From an uncultured Solirubrobacterales bacterium (lineage in GTDB: Bacteria > Actinomycetota > Thermoleophilia > Solirubrobacterales > 70-9): a DNA stretch of 64,000 nt. The stretch's first letter is position 1; each line of letters begins with the position of its first letter. Shown one piece after another: positions 27,753 to 38,229 of this stretch. The notes under the pieces were generated by a model. It did not search any database. It had not been told where the DNA came from and was given only the letters and a program-made list of their open reading frames with translations. The stretch is taken from assembly GCA_963751815.1 (NCBI GenBank), contig CAVVVY010000009.1, positions 9,578 through 73,577 on the forward strand, in the 5' to 3' direction. The position numbers and the translations under genes are program-made.

Positions 27753-27761
27753 GGTGCCAGG

Positions 27762-29058
27762 ATGGTGCAGACGCCCTGGGGGGACTCACTCGCCCTCCGC
27801 TCCAAGAAGATGCGCCCGGGCCGAGGAAACGTGCCCGAGGATTCGCGACGCAGCCAGCGCGAGCGGTTGTTCGGCGCAATGGTCTCCATTAGCTCGGAAA
27901 AGGGCTATGAGGCGACGCGGATTGCGGACCTCGTGAAGATGGCCGGCGTCTCCCGCGCCGCCTTTTACGAGCACTTTGAGGATAAGAAGGAGTGCCTATT
28001 GGCGGCGGTCGACGCCCTGGTCGAGCCGACCATCGCGCTGATGGAGCGGGCCGAGGACGCGCCGACCGGTGAGGCCCGGGTGCGGCAGGCCGTCGAAGCC
28101 TTCCTCGGCCTGGTCGCGAGGCAGCCGGCCGCGTCGCGGATGATCTTCATCGAGGTCTACGCCGCGGGGCCGGAGGGGGAAGCGGCGGTGGAAAGGGTGC
28201 TGGACACCTTCGAGCGATTCGGCGTCAGCCAGCTGAACCAGATCCGGGGCCGCGAAGCGATGCCGCCGCAGATGGTCCGGGCGATGCTCGGCGGATTCCA
28301 GAAGGTGATCGAGAAGCGCCTCTACAGCGAGGAAGCCGACCAGCTGCCGCGGATCGCGGAGGACATCGCCAACTGGGGGCTGTCCTACCCGCCGCCGCCC
28401 GGCCCGCTCGATGCGCCGCGCCGGCGGGGCAGAAAACCGCGCACGTTCGCCGAGCGCCAGGCGGTCGCCCACCCGCCCGGAGCGGGTCCTGCGGGCGCTG
28501 GCGGCGACGGTCGCCGAGAAGGGCTACAAGGAGACGACCGTCGCCGAGGTGGTCGACCGGGCCGGGACCTCCCACAGGGTCTTCTACGGGCACTTCGCGA
28601 ACAAAGAAGAAGCGCTCCTCGCCGCCCTCGACAGCGGCTCGGCGCAGATGCTGGCCGCGGTCCTCCCCGCCTTCCGCCGCGCCCGCAGCTGGCAGGAGTC
28701 GGTGCGGGCCGCCTACGAGGCGATGTTCGCGTTCGGGATCGAAGAGCCCGAGTACACCCAGCTCGGCGCGGTCGAGATGTACACGGTCGGCAAGCGGGCG
28801 CTGCAGACGCGCGACACGGTGATGGAAGGCCTCGAGGCGCTGCTGGTCCCCGGCTATGAGCTCTCCCCCGACACGCCGCCGATCGCGGCCGAGGCAATCG
28901 GCGGCGCGATCTACGCGCTGATCCACGACCAGGTCAAGAGAAAAGGCCCGGAAAGCATGCCCGAACTGGCGCCGATGGCCACCTACATGACGCTGGCGCC
29001 GTTCGTCGGCGCCGAGGAGGCCTACGAACGGGCGATCGAGGAGAGCGACAAATGGTGA
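27762..29058 (+). pseudogene. Tandem double-TetR regulator: two complete TetR modules joined across one frame change at ~28470-28480
   Basis: Module 1 is in ORF 27705..28859, with HTH RERLFGAMVSISSEKGYEATRIADLVKMAGVSRAAFYEHFEDKKECLLAA. Module 2 is ORF 28411..29058, with HTH ERVLRALAATVAEKGYKETTVAEVVDRAGTSHRVFYGHFANKEEALLAA. Module 1 has no stop in its frame. The RGR..P arm that precedes the HTH in the related regulators (PRGRHGIP, RPGRGNVP) is encoded for module 2 (RRGRKPRT) in the frame of module 1. Confidence 0.7.
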
Positions 29059-29082
29059 GCGCGGCCGGCTCCCCTCAGCGGG

Positions 29083-29780
29083 TCACTTCGCCTGGGTGAC
29101 GACCACCGAGACCTGAAAGGTCGAGTCAGGTGTGCAGGATCCCCCGAGGCCTCAGACGGATGCGCTGACGCTCTGTGGCACCCCGGGCTGGGTCAGCCCG
29201 ATCGGGACCTCGACCCCGCTGCTTGGGACGCCGCTGTCCCGAACGGCCCGGGCAGGGCGCCCCGGCGAGACCAGCAGGAGCAGCTTTCCGCAATGCCATT
29301 GGGCTTCCGTTCACGACCGGGAACGGAACGACCGCGCACGGCGTTTTCCCGCTGCGTGGCTGTGAGCGCACCGCGCGATTCGAAGTGCAGGGTCAGCAGC
29401 TGCCCGGCCACCGGTGTCACGGTCAACGGCGGATTGAGCGGCACAGGGCCCATTCTGGCTGGCCGGAATCGACCTCGCTGTCGCACTGGCGATCGACGTC
29501 CGTCCCGGCGCCAGTTTTCGCGAAGTTGACCGCGCCGTCGGCGACATTCGGCGTTCTTGACCGCGTTCTTGGCCAGTTTCGGCGAGGTCACCGCGTTCTT
29601 GGCCAGGTTCTTGTTCTTGACGGCGTTCTTGGCCAGGTTCTTGTTCTTGACCGCGCCCTTGCCGATCTGCTTGCTGGTGATTTTGTTCGCGGCGTAGACG
29701 GCGCCGCCGCTGAGGGCCAGGAACAGGGCAAGGGTGGCGACGACGTTGGTATAGGTGAGGCCCGAGCGGAGTCTCCTCAT
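29083..29780 (-). pseudogene. N-terminally anchored protein with KNAVKNKNLA repeats (copy G1), frameshifted
   Basis: The N-terminus is MRRLRSGLTYTNVVATLALFLALSGGAVYAANKITSKQIGKGAVKNKNLAKNAVKNKNLAKNAVTSPKLAKNAVKNA. There is an extra G (attcggcg versus attcgcg in G2) at ~29550. Further shifts follow. The inferred end is ...VSVVVTQAK* (stop at 29083-29085). Confidence 0.6.
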
Positions 29781-29789
29781 CGGATCGAC

Positions 29790-30486
29790 CTACTTCGCCT
29801 GGGTGACGACGACCGCGACCTGGTCGACCCTCGACCCGGCGCACAGTCTTCGCCGCCGCCGAGCAGCTGCAGGCCGATGCTCTGCGCAACTCCCGGCTGG
29901 GTGAGCCCGAGCGGAAAGCTGGCGCCCGAGACCGGGATCCCGTTCGGGAACGGCGGTTCGGGCGGGTTGTCCGGAGACTCCAGCAGCGCCAGACTCGCCG
30001 ACCAGGATCGGATTCCCGTTGACGATCGGAATCGGGACCACCTCACAGGTGACTGGTCCCGCGGGGGATCAGGGTGGCCGCGGGCCTCGAGGCTGACGGT
30101 CAGCGGCTGGCCGGCGACCGGCGTCACGGTCAGCGGCGGGTTCAGTGGGACGTCGCGAGATCCTGGTTGGCCGGGATCGGGCCTCCCGGTCGCGCTGGCG
30201 ATCACGTCCGTCCCGGCCGCGAGTTTCGCGAAGTTGATCGCGCCGTCGGCGACATTCGCGTTCTTGACCGCGTTCTTCGCCAGTTTCGGCGAGGTCACCG
30301 CGTTCTTGGCCAGGTTCTTGTTCTTGACCGCGTTCTTGGCGAGGTTCTTGTTCTTGACCGCGCCCTTGCCGATCTGCTTGCTGGTGATCTTGTTCGCGGC
30401 TAGACGGCGCCGCCGCTGAGGGCCAGGAACAGGGCCAGGGTGGCGACGACGTTTCCGTAGCTCAGCCTCCTGCGAACGCTCTTCAT
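29790..30486 (-). pseudogene. Tandem paralog of G1 (copy G2), frameshifted
   Basis: ATG at 30486 gives MKSVRRRLSYGNVVATLALFLALSGGAV. GTCTAGCC follows where G1 has GTCTACGCC, a 1-nt deletion that creates a TAG. The sequence continues in ORF 29777..30655 (AANKITSKQIGKGAVKNKNLAKNAV...NANVADGAINFAKLAAGTDV). The inferred end is VDQVAVVVTQAK* (29790-29792). Confidence 0.6.
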
Positions 30487-30612
30487 CAGTTTGCTCTCTC
30501 CTTGGTGAAAGACCCGAGGAATCAGGCCATTTCCACGCCGATTCGCGGCCCGGGGGCGAATTCCCTCCCGACGCGATCGATCTGCCGCTGCGGCCGCCGC
30601 TAGCTTTGAGCG

Positions 30613-32742
30613 ATGGACTCGGCCGCGACCCTCTTTGACGCCGATGCGGCGGCATTCACCGGCACGATCGAGGTGCTGGGCGTCATCTTCAGCGCCGAGG
30701 ACGACGGCTATGCCGTGCTCGAGGTGCAGGACGCCGAGTCGGGCGAGGGCTTCGCGCTGGTCGGTCCCGTCGCCCACCTGAACGCCGGCGAACGGGCCGA
30801 GGTCAGCGGCGACTGGCAGACCCACTCGCGCTACGGGCGGCAGCTGAAGGCGCGGGGCGCCCTGCCGCTCGACCCGGCCGATCGCGAGGGCCGCGTCGCC
30901 TACCTGACGACGCTTCGCAACATCGGGCCGACCCGGGCCGAGCGGCTGGTCGACGAGCACGGCGAGGGGGTTCTGGGGGCGATCGCCGCCGACCCGGCCG
31001 GCGTCTTCGGCGCGCTGCGCGGGGTCAGCGCCAAGCAGGCCGCGGCGGCGGCCGACTCCTGGCACGCGTCGCGGGCGATCCGCGACCTCCACGTCGAACT
31101 CGCCCCCCACGGGCTCGCCCACCTGGCGGCGCCGATCCACCGCCGCTTCGGCGATCGGGCGATGGCGATCCTCCACGAGGACCCCTACCGCCTGACCGAG
31201 GTCGACGGGGTCGGCTTCGCGCGCGCCGACAGGATCGCCCTCGCCGGCGACGTCCCGCCCGAGTCCGACCGCCGCGCCCAGGCGGCCGCGGTGTACGCGA
31301 TCTCCGAGGCGGAGACCCAGGGCCACTCGCACCTCCCGGTCGCGGAGCTGGTCGAGCGGACCGCGAAGCTGATCGAGCTGGCGCCCGACCCGGAGGTCCT
31401 GGTCGCCGCCAGGGGGATGGTGCTCGACGAGGGCCGCGCCTATCGCGAGCGCACCCACGCCAGCGAGGTCGCGGTGGCGGCGACGATGCGCGCCCGCGCC
31501 TCCGCCCCGCCGACGATCGACCACGAGCCCCCCGAGGCGCCGCCGCCCGAGCAGGCCGGGCTGACGCCGGAGCAGTGGTCGGCGGTGCGCGCCGCCTTCA
31601 CCTCGCGGATCACGGTCCTGACCGGAGGGCCCGGGGTGGGAAAGACGGTCTGCACGGCGGCGGTCGTCGCCGAGGCGAAGCGCGCCAACGCCTCGGTCGC
31701 GCTCTGCGCCCCGACCGGCCGGGCCGCCCGCCGCCTCGAGGACGCGACCGGGCACGAGGCGTCGACGATCCACCGGCTGCTGGAGTGGCAACCCGGCCGG
31801 GAGCCGGCCTACGGGCCGGCGCGACCGCTGCCGGCCGACCTCGTCGTCGTCGACGAGTCCTCGATGCTGAACCTGCGGATGATGGAGGTGCTGCTGGCCG
31901 GGCTGGCCGAGTCGACGCACGTCGTCTTCGTCGGCGACGCCGACCAGCTGCCGCCGATCGGGGCGGGAAGGCCGTTCGACGACCTGATCGAGGCCGGGAT
32001 CGCCCCGGTGGTGCGGCTGAGCCAGATCTTCCGCCAGGCGGCGCGCTCGATGATCACGACCGCGGCCCACGAGATCAACCAGGGCGAGACGCCCCACCTC
32101 GAGCCGCGCGAGGGGCAGGAGCGCGACTTCTTCTTCATCGACCGACCCGACCCCGGGCGCGCGCTCGCCACCGTCGTCGAGGTCGTCGCCGAGCGCGCCC
32201 CGGGCCGCTACGGGGTCGACCCGATCCGCGACGTCCAGGTGCTGTCGCCGATGTACCGGGGGGCGGTCGGGATCGACGCCCTCAACGAGCGCCTCCAGGC
32301 CCAGCTCAACCCCGACGGCCGCCGCGCCCTCAACGACCGCTTCCGGGTCGGCGACCGCCTGATCCAGACCCGCAACTCGCACGACCTCGGGCTGATGAAC
32401 GGCTCGATCGTCTTCCTCCGCAGGGACGACCCCGAGGAGGAGGAGATCGTCGTCGACACCGACGACGGCCCGCTGAAGATCCCCTACGGGGAGACCGGGA
32501 CGCTGCGGCTCGCCTACGCGATCTCGGTCCACAAGGCCCAGGGCTGCGAGGTCCCGATCGTCGTCGCCGTATGTCACCGCTCGCACGCCCGGATGCTGAC
32601 CAGGCCGCTGGTCTACACCGCGATCACCCGCGCGCGCCGGACCTGCGTCGTGGTCGGCGACCCGGGCGCGCTGGCGATGGCGGTGCGCCGCGACGAGGGC
32701 GGCGGCCGCCACTCCGGGCTGGCCCAGCGCCTGCGCGGCTAG
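30613..32742 (+). CDS. recD2: RecD2/YrrC-like SF1 ATP-dependent DNA helicase
   Basis: Intact 709-aa ORF. It has a Walker A motif (VLTGGPGVGKT), VVVDESSMLN, VFVGDADQLPPIGAG, AYAISVHKAQGCEVPIVV and YTAITRARRTCVVVG. Confidence 0.85.
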   Translation: MDSAATLFDADAAAFTGTIEVLGVIFSAEDDGYAVLEVQDAESGEGFALVGPVAHLNAGERAEVSGDWQTHSRYGRQLKARGALPLDPADREGRVAYLTTLRNIGPTRAERLVDEHGEGVLGAIAADPAGVFGALRGVSAKQAAAAADSWHASRAIRDLHVELAPHGLAHLAAPIHRRFGDRAMAILHEDPYRLTEVDGVGFARADRIALAGDVPPESDRRAQAAAVYAISEAETQGHSHLPVAELVERTAKLIELAPDPEVLVAARGMVLDEGRAYRERTHASEVAVAATMRARASAPPTIDHEPPEAPPPEQAGLTPEQWSAVRAAFTSRITVLTGGPGVGKTVCTAAVVAEAKRANASVALCAPTGRAARRLEDATGHEASTIHRLLEWQPGREPAYGPARPLPADLVVVDESSMLNLRMMEVLLAGLAESTHVVFVGDADQLPPIGAGRPFDDLIEAGIAPVVRLSQIFRQAARSMITTAAHEINQGETPHLEPREGQERDFFFIDRPDPGRALATVVEVVAERAPGRYGVDPIRDVQVLSPMYRGAVGIDALNERLQAQLNPDGRRALNDRFRVGDRLIQTRNSHDLGLMNGSIVFLRRDDPEEEEIVVDTDDGPLKIPYGETGTLRLAYAISVHKAQGCEVPIVVAVCHRSHARMLTRPLVYTAITRARRTCVVVGDPGALAMAVRRDEGGGRHSGLAQRLRG

Positions 32743-32770
32743 AGCGACGCGCCCCGCGATACTGCCCCCG

Positions 32771-33469
32771 ATGGAGACGCCGAGACCGTCGCCGGCCGCG
32801 ATCGCCGCCACCGTCGGCGGAATCGTCCTGATGGCGGCGCTGGTGGTGGCGATCGATCCGCTGCGCGAAGCGGCGGCGGCGGCGGTCCGCGGAGACTCCG
32901 CCGAGGTCCGCAGCAGCCTCGACAGCCTCGGCGCCGGCGGCCCGCTGCTGATCCTGGCGCTGGCGCTGCTGCACTCCTTCGTCTTCTTCCCGGCCGAGAT
33001 CGTCGACGCGGCGGCCGGGTTCCTCTACGGCTTCTTCCCGGCGCTGGCGCTGGCGATGACCGGCTGGCTCCTCTCCGGGCTGATCTGCTTCGCGATCGGC
33101 CGCTCCCTCGCCCGCCCGCTGCTCGACCGCTGGTTCGGAGAGGAGCGCTTCGAGCGAATCGAGGCGACGATCGAGCGCGGCGGGGCGACCCTGCTGCTGG
33201 CGATGCGGCTGATCCCGATCCTCCCCTTCAGCCTCGTCTCATACGCCGCCGGCGCCGCCCGGGTGCCGACCTGGCGGTTCATCTGGACGACCGCGGTCGG
33301 CTACCTGCCGATCACCGCGCTGGCGGTCTACTTCGGGACCAAGCTCGAGGGCCTCAGCCTCACCGACCCGATCGTCCTCGGCTCGGCCGCCGCGCTGCTG
33401 GTGCTGCTGCTCGCCGGCCACCGGATCGCCCGGCGCCAGGGCGCTACGGCTTCTCGACCCGGAAGCTGA
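32771..33469 (+). CDS. TVP38/TMEM64 (DedA/SNARE-associated) family membrane protein
   Basis: Intact 232-aa ORF with FFPAEIVDAAAGFLYGFFPALALAMTGWLLSGLICFAIGRSLARPLL and RLIPILPFSLVSYAAGAARVPTWRF. Confidence 0.8.
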   Translation: METPRPSPAAIAATVGGIVLMAALVVAIDPLREAAAAAVRGDSAEVRSSLDSLGAGGPLLILALALLHSFVFFPAEIVDAAAGFLYGFFPALALAMTGWLLSGLICFAIGRSLARPLLDRWFGEERFERIEATIERGGATLLLAMRLIPILPFSLVSYAAGAARVPTWRFIWTTAVGYLPITALAVYFGTKLEGLSLTDPIVLGSAAALLVLLLAGHRIARRQGATASRPGS

Positions 33470-35900
33470 ACGCGGCCGGCGTGCGATCGACATTGCCGAG
33501 CGGGTCGCTGGCCTTGACCTGCAGCTTGTGCTTGCCGTGCTTGAACCTGCGGACCAGCTTCGCCGAGCAGGCGCGGTAGGCGGCGCCGTCGATCCGGCAG
33601 AGGAAGGTCGAGCCCGGCTCGTCGGCGGAGAAGCGGAAGGTCGTCCTCACCTTTGCCTTCCTGGTCCGGATCACCTTCTTCGGATGCTTGCGGATGGTCA
33701 CTTCCGGCGGCGTGGTGTCGATCGTGAAGTCCTCGGGTTCGCTCGATCCCGAGCGGCCGGCGAGGTCGGTCCCGCTGACGGTGATGGTGTGTTCGCCGTC
33801 TTCCAGCGGCGTCGCCGGCACGAACGGCGAGGAGCACGGGGTCGGCACCGCTTCGTCGACCGAGCAGAAGAAGGTCACCGGCCGGCTGGCGACGAAGGCG
33901 ACCCGCGGGCTGGGATTGGAGCTGAGATCGGCCGGGGATTCGGTGATTTCGACGTCGGGCGGGAGCGCGACACGGCCGACCGCGTCACGGGCGTCGACGA
34001 GGCCGGCGCCGACGACGTCGGGCCCGAGGCTGCCGATCGGCCTGGCGCTGGCCGCGAGGGCGGTGCGGATCTGGGCGACGGTCATCCCCGGGTTCGCGTC
34101 CCGCATCAGAGCCGCGACCGCGGCGGCGTGGGGCGCCGCCGCCGAGGTGCCGCAGAACCGGTTGATTCCCGGAGTCGAGGTCGGGACGAAGAACGTGGTC
34201 AGGCCGCAGTCGGTCGCGACCAGATCGGGCTTGGTGATCTCGAGCGGCTGGGCCAGCGGCGCCGCGGCAAGCGCGGTTTTCGCCGTCCCGAAGTAGTGGG
34301 TGACGGGGCCGTGCGAGGTGTAGGGCTCGACGACGGTGCTGTTGTTGAACGGCGCCGCGCCGACGCTGATCGTGGCCGGGGTCCCGGCGTGGCCGTAGAT
34401 CGTCGGGCCCACCGTGTCGGCGCCGGCCGATTTGGGGTACTCGGTCTCCGAGATCCCGCCGCCGTTCTCCAGGAACGCGACCTTGACCCGCGGTTTCGCC
34501 GCCGTGTTGGCGCCCGGGTTGCAGGTCCCGAAGCAGCGGTTGACGACCAGCCGGACTTCGACGTCTTCTTCGGAGGTGTTTTCCCAGCCGAAGAACTCGA
34601 CCGGCTGCTCGGTGCTTTCGAAGCCGCCGGCGATGTTGTTGCCGGCGCTGCCGACGAAGGTTTTTTCGCTGCCTTCGCCTTCGGTCAGGACTTTGTCTTC
34701 GTCGTCGAGCAGGAAGGCGTCGAGGTCGGATTCGACGCCGAAGCGCGGTTCGGCCCACTGCAGGTCGACGTTGAGCACTTCCCCCGGTTCGACCGTGATC
34801 CCGAAGGTCGGGTCTTCGCCGCCTTCTTCGGGATCGAAGTCGAGGCATTCTTTGAACGGCCCCAGGGTTTCGAGTTCGGGCGGGCAGGCGGTGTCGCGGT
34901 AGGAGGGCGTTTCCCAGGAGGCGATGTCGTTGCCTTCGGCGTCGCTGAGGTTGTCGTTGCCGGCGGCGGAGAAGTAGGCGGCGCCGGCGCCGGACACTTC
35001 TTCGATCGCGGCGCCGATCGGGCCGTCCTGGAAGAACGGCTCTTCGAAGTAGGCGATGTCGTCGACCAGGATTTCGGCTTCGGCGCCGCCCGCCGCCACG
35101 GGCGCGGCCAGCCGTTTGATGTTTTCGGCGAACGCGAATTCGTTCGGGTAGGCGGTGGCGAACGCGATGTCGGCGCCGGGGGCCAGGTCGTGGACGATCT
35201 GGGCCATCCCCCGGCCCTCGTCGATCGTCGGTTCTTCGATGTCGGAGAAGTCCTGCAGCACTTCGACCGGGTCGGTGCGGTCACAGGGGTTGCCGGGCCC
35301 GGGAAGGTCGCCGCTGGCGACGTCGTCGGCGGCGTCGGTCGGCCATTCGGGGCTGGTGTCGAAGGAGTCGGAGAGGACGCCGACGGTGACCCCCGTCCCT
35401 TCGACGTTGAAGGAGTTGCGGGCGGAGGAGGCGGCGAGCTGGGTGTCCCCCTCCGAGGTGACCAGCCCGTGGCAGCTGCTGGCGGCGGTGATCGGGGCCA
35501 GCGCCTCGGTCACCCCTTCGACGCCGGCGAGAGCGCCGATCTGGGGCAGGATCGCGGGCCGCGCGAACGCCGCGACCACCCCGTAGGCGCCGCTGACGTG
35601 CACCACCGCGGCCCCGGCGGCGGTGAGCTCATCGGCGCCGCCGCCGGCGTTGAACCCGGGGCCGAAGCGGACGTTGACGAGGACCTGGCCTCCGTTGCGG
35701 ACGAGGCTGCCGGGACCCCTCCGCGGCAGGCTGAGGCGCGCGGCCTGCACCCGTTGGGGCGCGGTGCGGATCGCCGGCTTGACCAGCTCGGAGAGCCGAG
35801 AGGAGAGCTCCGGGTTGCTCGGCGGGCCGAGATCGGCGGCTGCGATCGCGGGTGTCAGCGCCGAGGCCACAAGCGCAAGCGCGAGCGAGGCCCCCACCAT
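33444..35900 (-). CDS. Secreted subtilisin-like (S8) serine peptidase with C-terminal Ig-like domains
   Basis: ORF 33444..35987. I start it at ATG 35900 (MVGASLALALVASALTPAIAAA signal peptide). VGVLSDSFD matches the Asp motif and CGTSAAAPHAAAVAALM matches the Ser motif. The C-terminus carries F.C..D......C repeats (VTFFCSVDEAVPTPCSSPF, STFLCRIDGAAYRACS). Confidence 0.85.
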   Translation of the reverse strand: MVGASLALALVASALTPAIAAADLGPPSNPELSSRLSELVKPAIRTAPQRVQAARLSLPRRGPGSLVRNGGQVLVNVRFGPGFNAGGGADELTAAGAAVVHVSGAYGVVAAFARPAILPQIGALAGVEGVTEALAPITAASSCHGLVTSEGDTQLAASSARNSFNVEGTGVTVGVLSDSFDTSPEWPTDAADDVASGDLPGPGNPCDRTDPVEVLQDFSDIEEPTIDEGRGMAQIVHDLAPGADIAFATAYPNEFAFAENIKRLAAPVAAGGAEAEILVDDIAYFEEPFFQDGPIGAAIEEVSGAGAAYFSAAGNDNLSDAEGNDIASWETPSYRDTACPPELETLGPFKECLDFDPEEGGEDPTFGITVEPGEVLNVDLQWAEPRFGVESDLDAFLLDDEDKVLTEGEGSEKTFVGSAGNNIAGGFESTEQPVEFFGWENTSEEDVEVRLVVNRCFGTCNPGANTAAKPRVKVAFLENGGGISETEYPKSAGADTVGPTIYGHAGTPATISVGAAPFNNSTVVEPYTSHGPVTHYFGTAKTALAAAPLAQPLEITKPDLVATDCGLTTFFVPTSTPGINRFCGTSAAAPHAAAVAALMRDANPGMTVAQIRTALAASARPIGSLGPDVVGAGLVDARDAVGRVALPPDVEITESPADLSSNPSPRVAFVASRPVTFFCSVDEAVPTPCSSPFVPATPLEDGEHTITVSGTDLAGRSGSSEPEDFTIDTTPPEVTIRKHPKKVIRTRKAKVRTTFRFSADEPGSTFLCRIDGAAYRACSAKLVRRFKHGKHKLQVKASDPLGNVDRTPAAFSFRVEKP

Positions 35901-36137
35901 GTGCCCGTGGCGCGCTTTCCCTGGCGACGTCACAAGGTCAAAGGTATCGGTTGTCACCATCTCTCCCTGAACCCTGAATGAATCCATGAGGTGCGCAGGC
36001 GGCCAATCGCGCGCCCGACCATGCTACGGTCCGGCCACCAGTTCGGGTCCATACCCGAAGAAAAGCTGTGCCTAGCGCTCGCGTCGTTGCTTCACCAGCA
36101 TCCTCCGCGTTCGCAGCACACGAAGTGGAGGCAATGC

Positions 36138-36344
36138 ATGCCAACCGGAACAGTCAAGTGGTTCAGCGACGACAAGGGCTACGGGTTCATCACTCCCGAT
36201 GACGGCTCGAAGGACGTCTTCGTCCACCACAGCGCCATCCTCGGCGAGGGCTTCAAGTCCCTGACCGAGGGCGCGAAGGTGAGCTACGAGTCCGAGGAAG
36301 GGCCGAAGGGCCCCGCCGCGGCGAGCGTCCAGCAGACCTCGTAG
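36138..36344 (+). CDS. cspA: Cold-shock protein (CspA family)
   Basis: [34 protein letters not shown] carries the RNP1 and RNP2 motifs. GGAGG lies 8 nt upstream of ATG 36138. Confidence 0.9.
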   Translation: MPTGTVKWFSDDKGYGFITPDDGSKDVFVHHSAILGEGFKSLTEGAKVSYESEEGPKGPAAASVQQTS

Positions 36345-36369
36345 ACGCGCCAAGTATTTCGCGCTGACG

Positions 36370-36400
36370 AGGCCCGCCACCGGCGGGCCTCTTCTTTTCT
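36370..36400 (+). terminator. Intrinsic terminator between csp and typA
   Basis: AGGCCCGCC-ACC-GGCGGGCCT forms a 9-bp perfect stem and is followed by CTTCTTTTCT. The T-tract ends 5 nt before the typA ATG. Confidence 0.6.
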
Positions 36401-36405
36401 CCTAG

Positions 36406-38229
<1,824 letters not shown>

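Noticed and set aside
29530-30470. Short periodic DNA repeats (gttcttggccaggttcttgttcttgac...) that superficially resemble a CRISPR or tandem-repeat array
   Set aside because: The period is 21-30 nt with no unique spacers. The repeats translate in frame into KNAVKNKNLAKNAV protein repeats on the minus strand, and the two blocks are simply the paralogous genes G1 and G2.
30400-32811. 803-aa minus-strand ORF, the second longest in the window
   Set aside because: It is antisense to the well-supported RecD2-like helicase. Its composition is dominated by Arg/Gly/Asp/Pro/Leu with no motifs, as expected for stop-poor reverse frames in ~70% GC DNA. Only its last 29 codons are real: they form the N-terminus of G2 (MKSVRRRLSYGNVVATLALFLALSGGAV).
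33528-35981. 817-aa plus-strand ORF
   Set aside because: It is antisense to the S8 peptidase, which has clear catalytic motifs and a signal peptide. Its composition is low-complexity Gly/Arg/Asp/Val.
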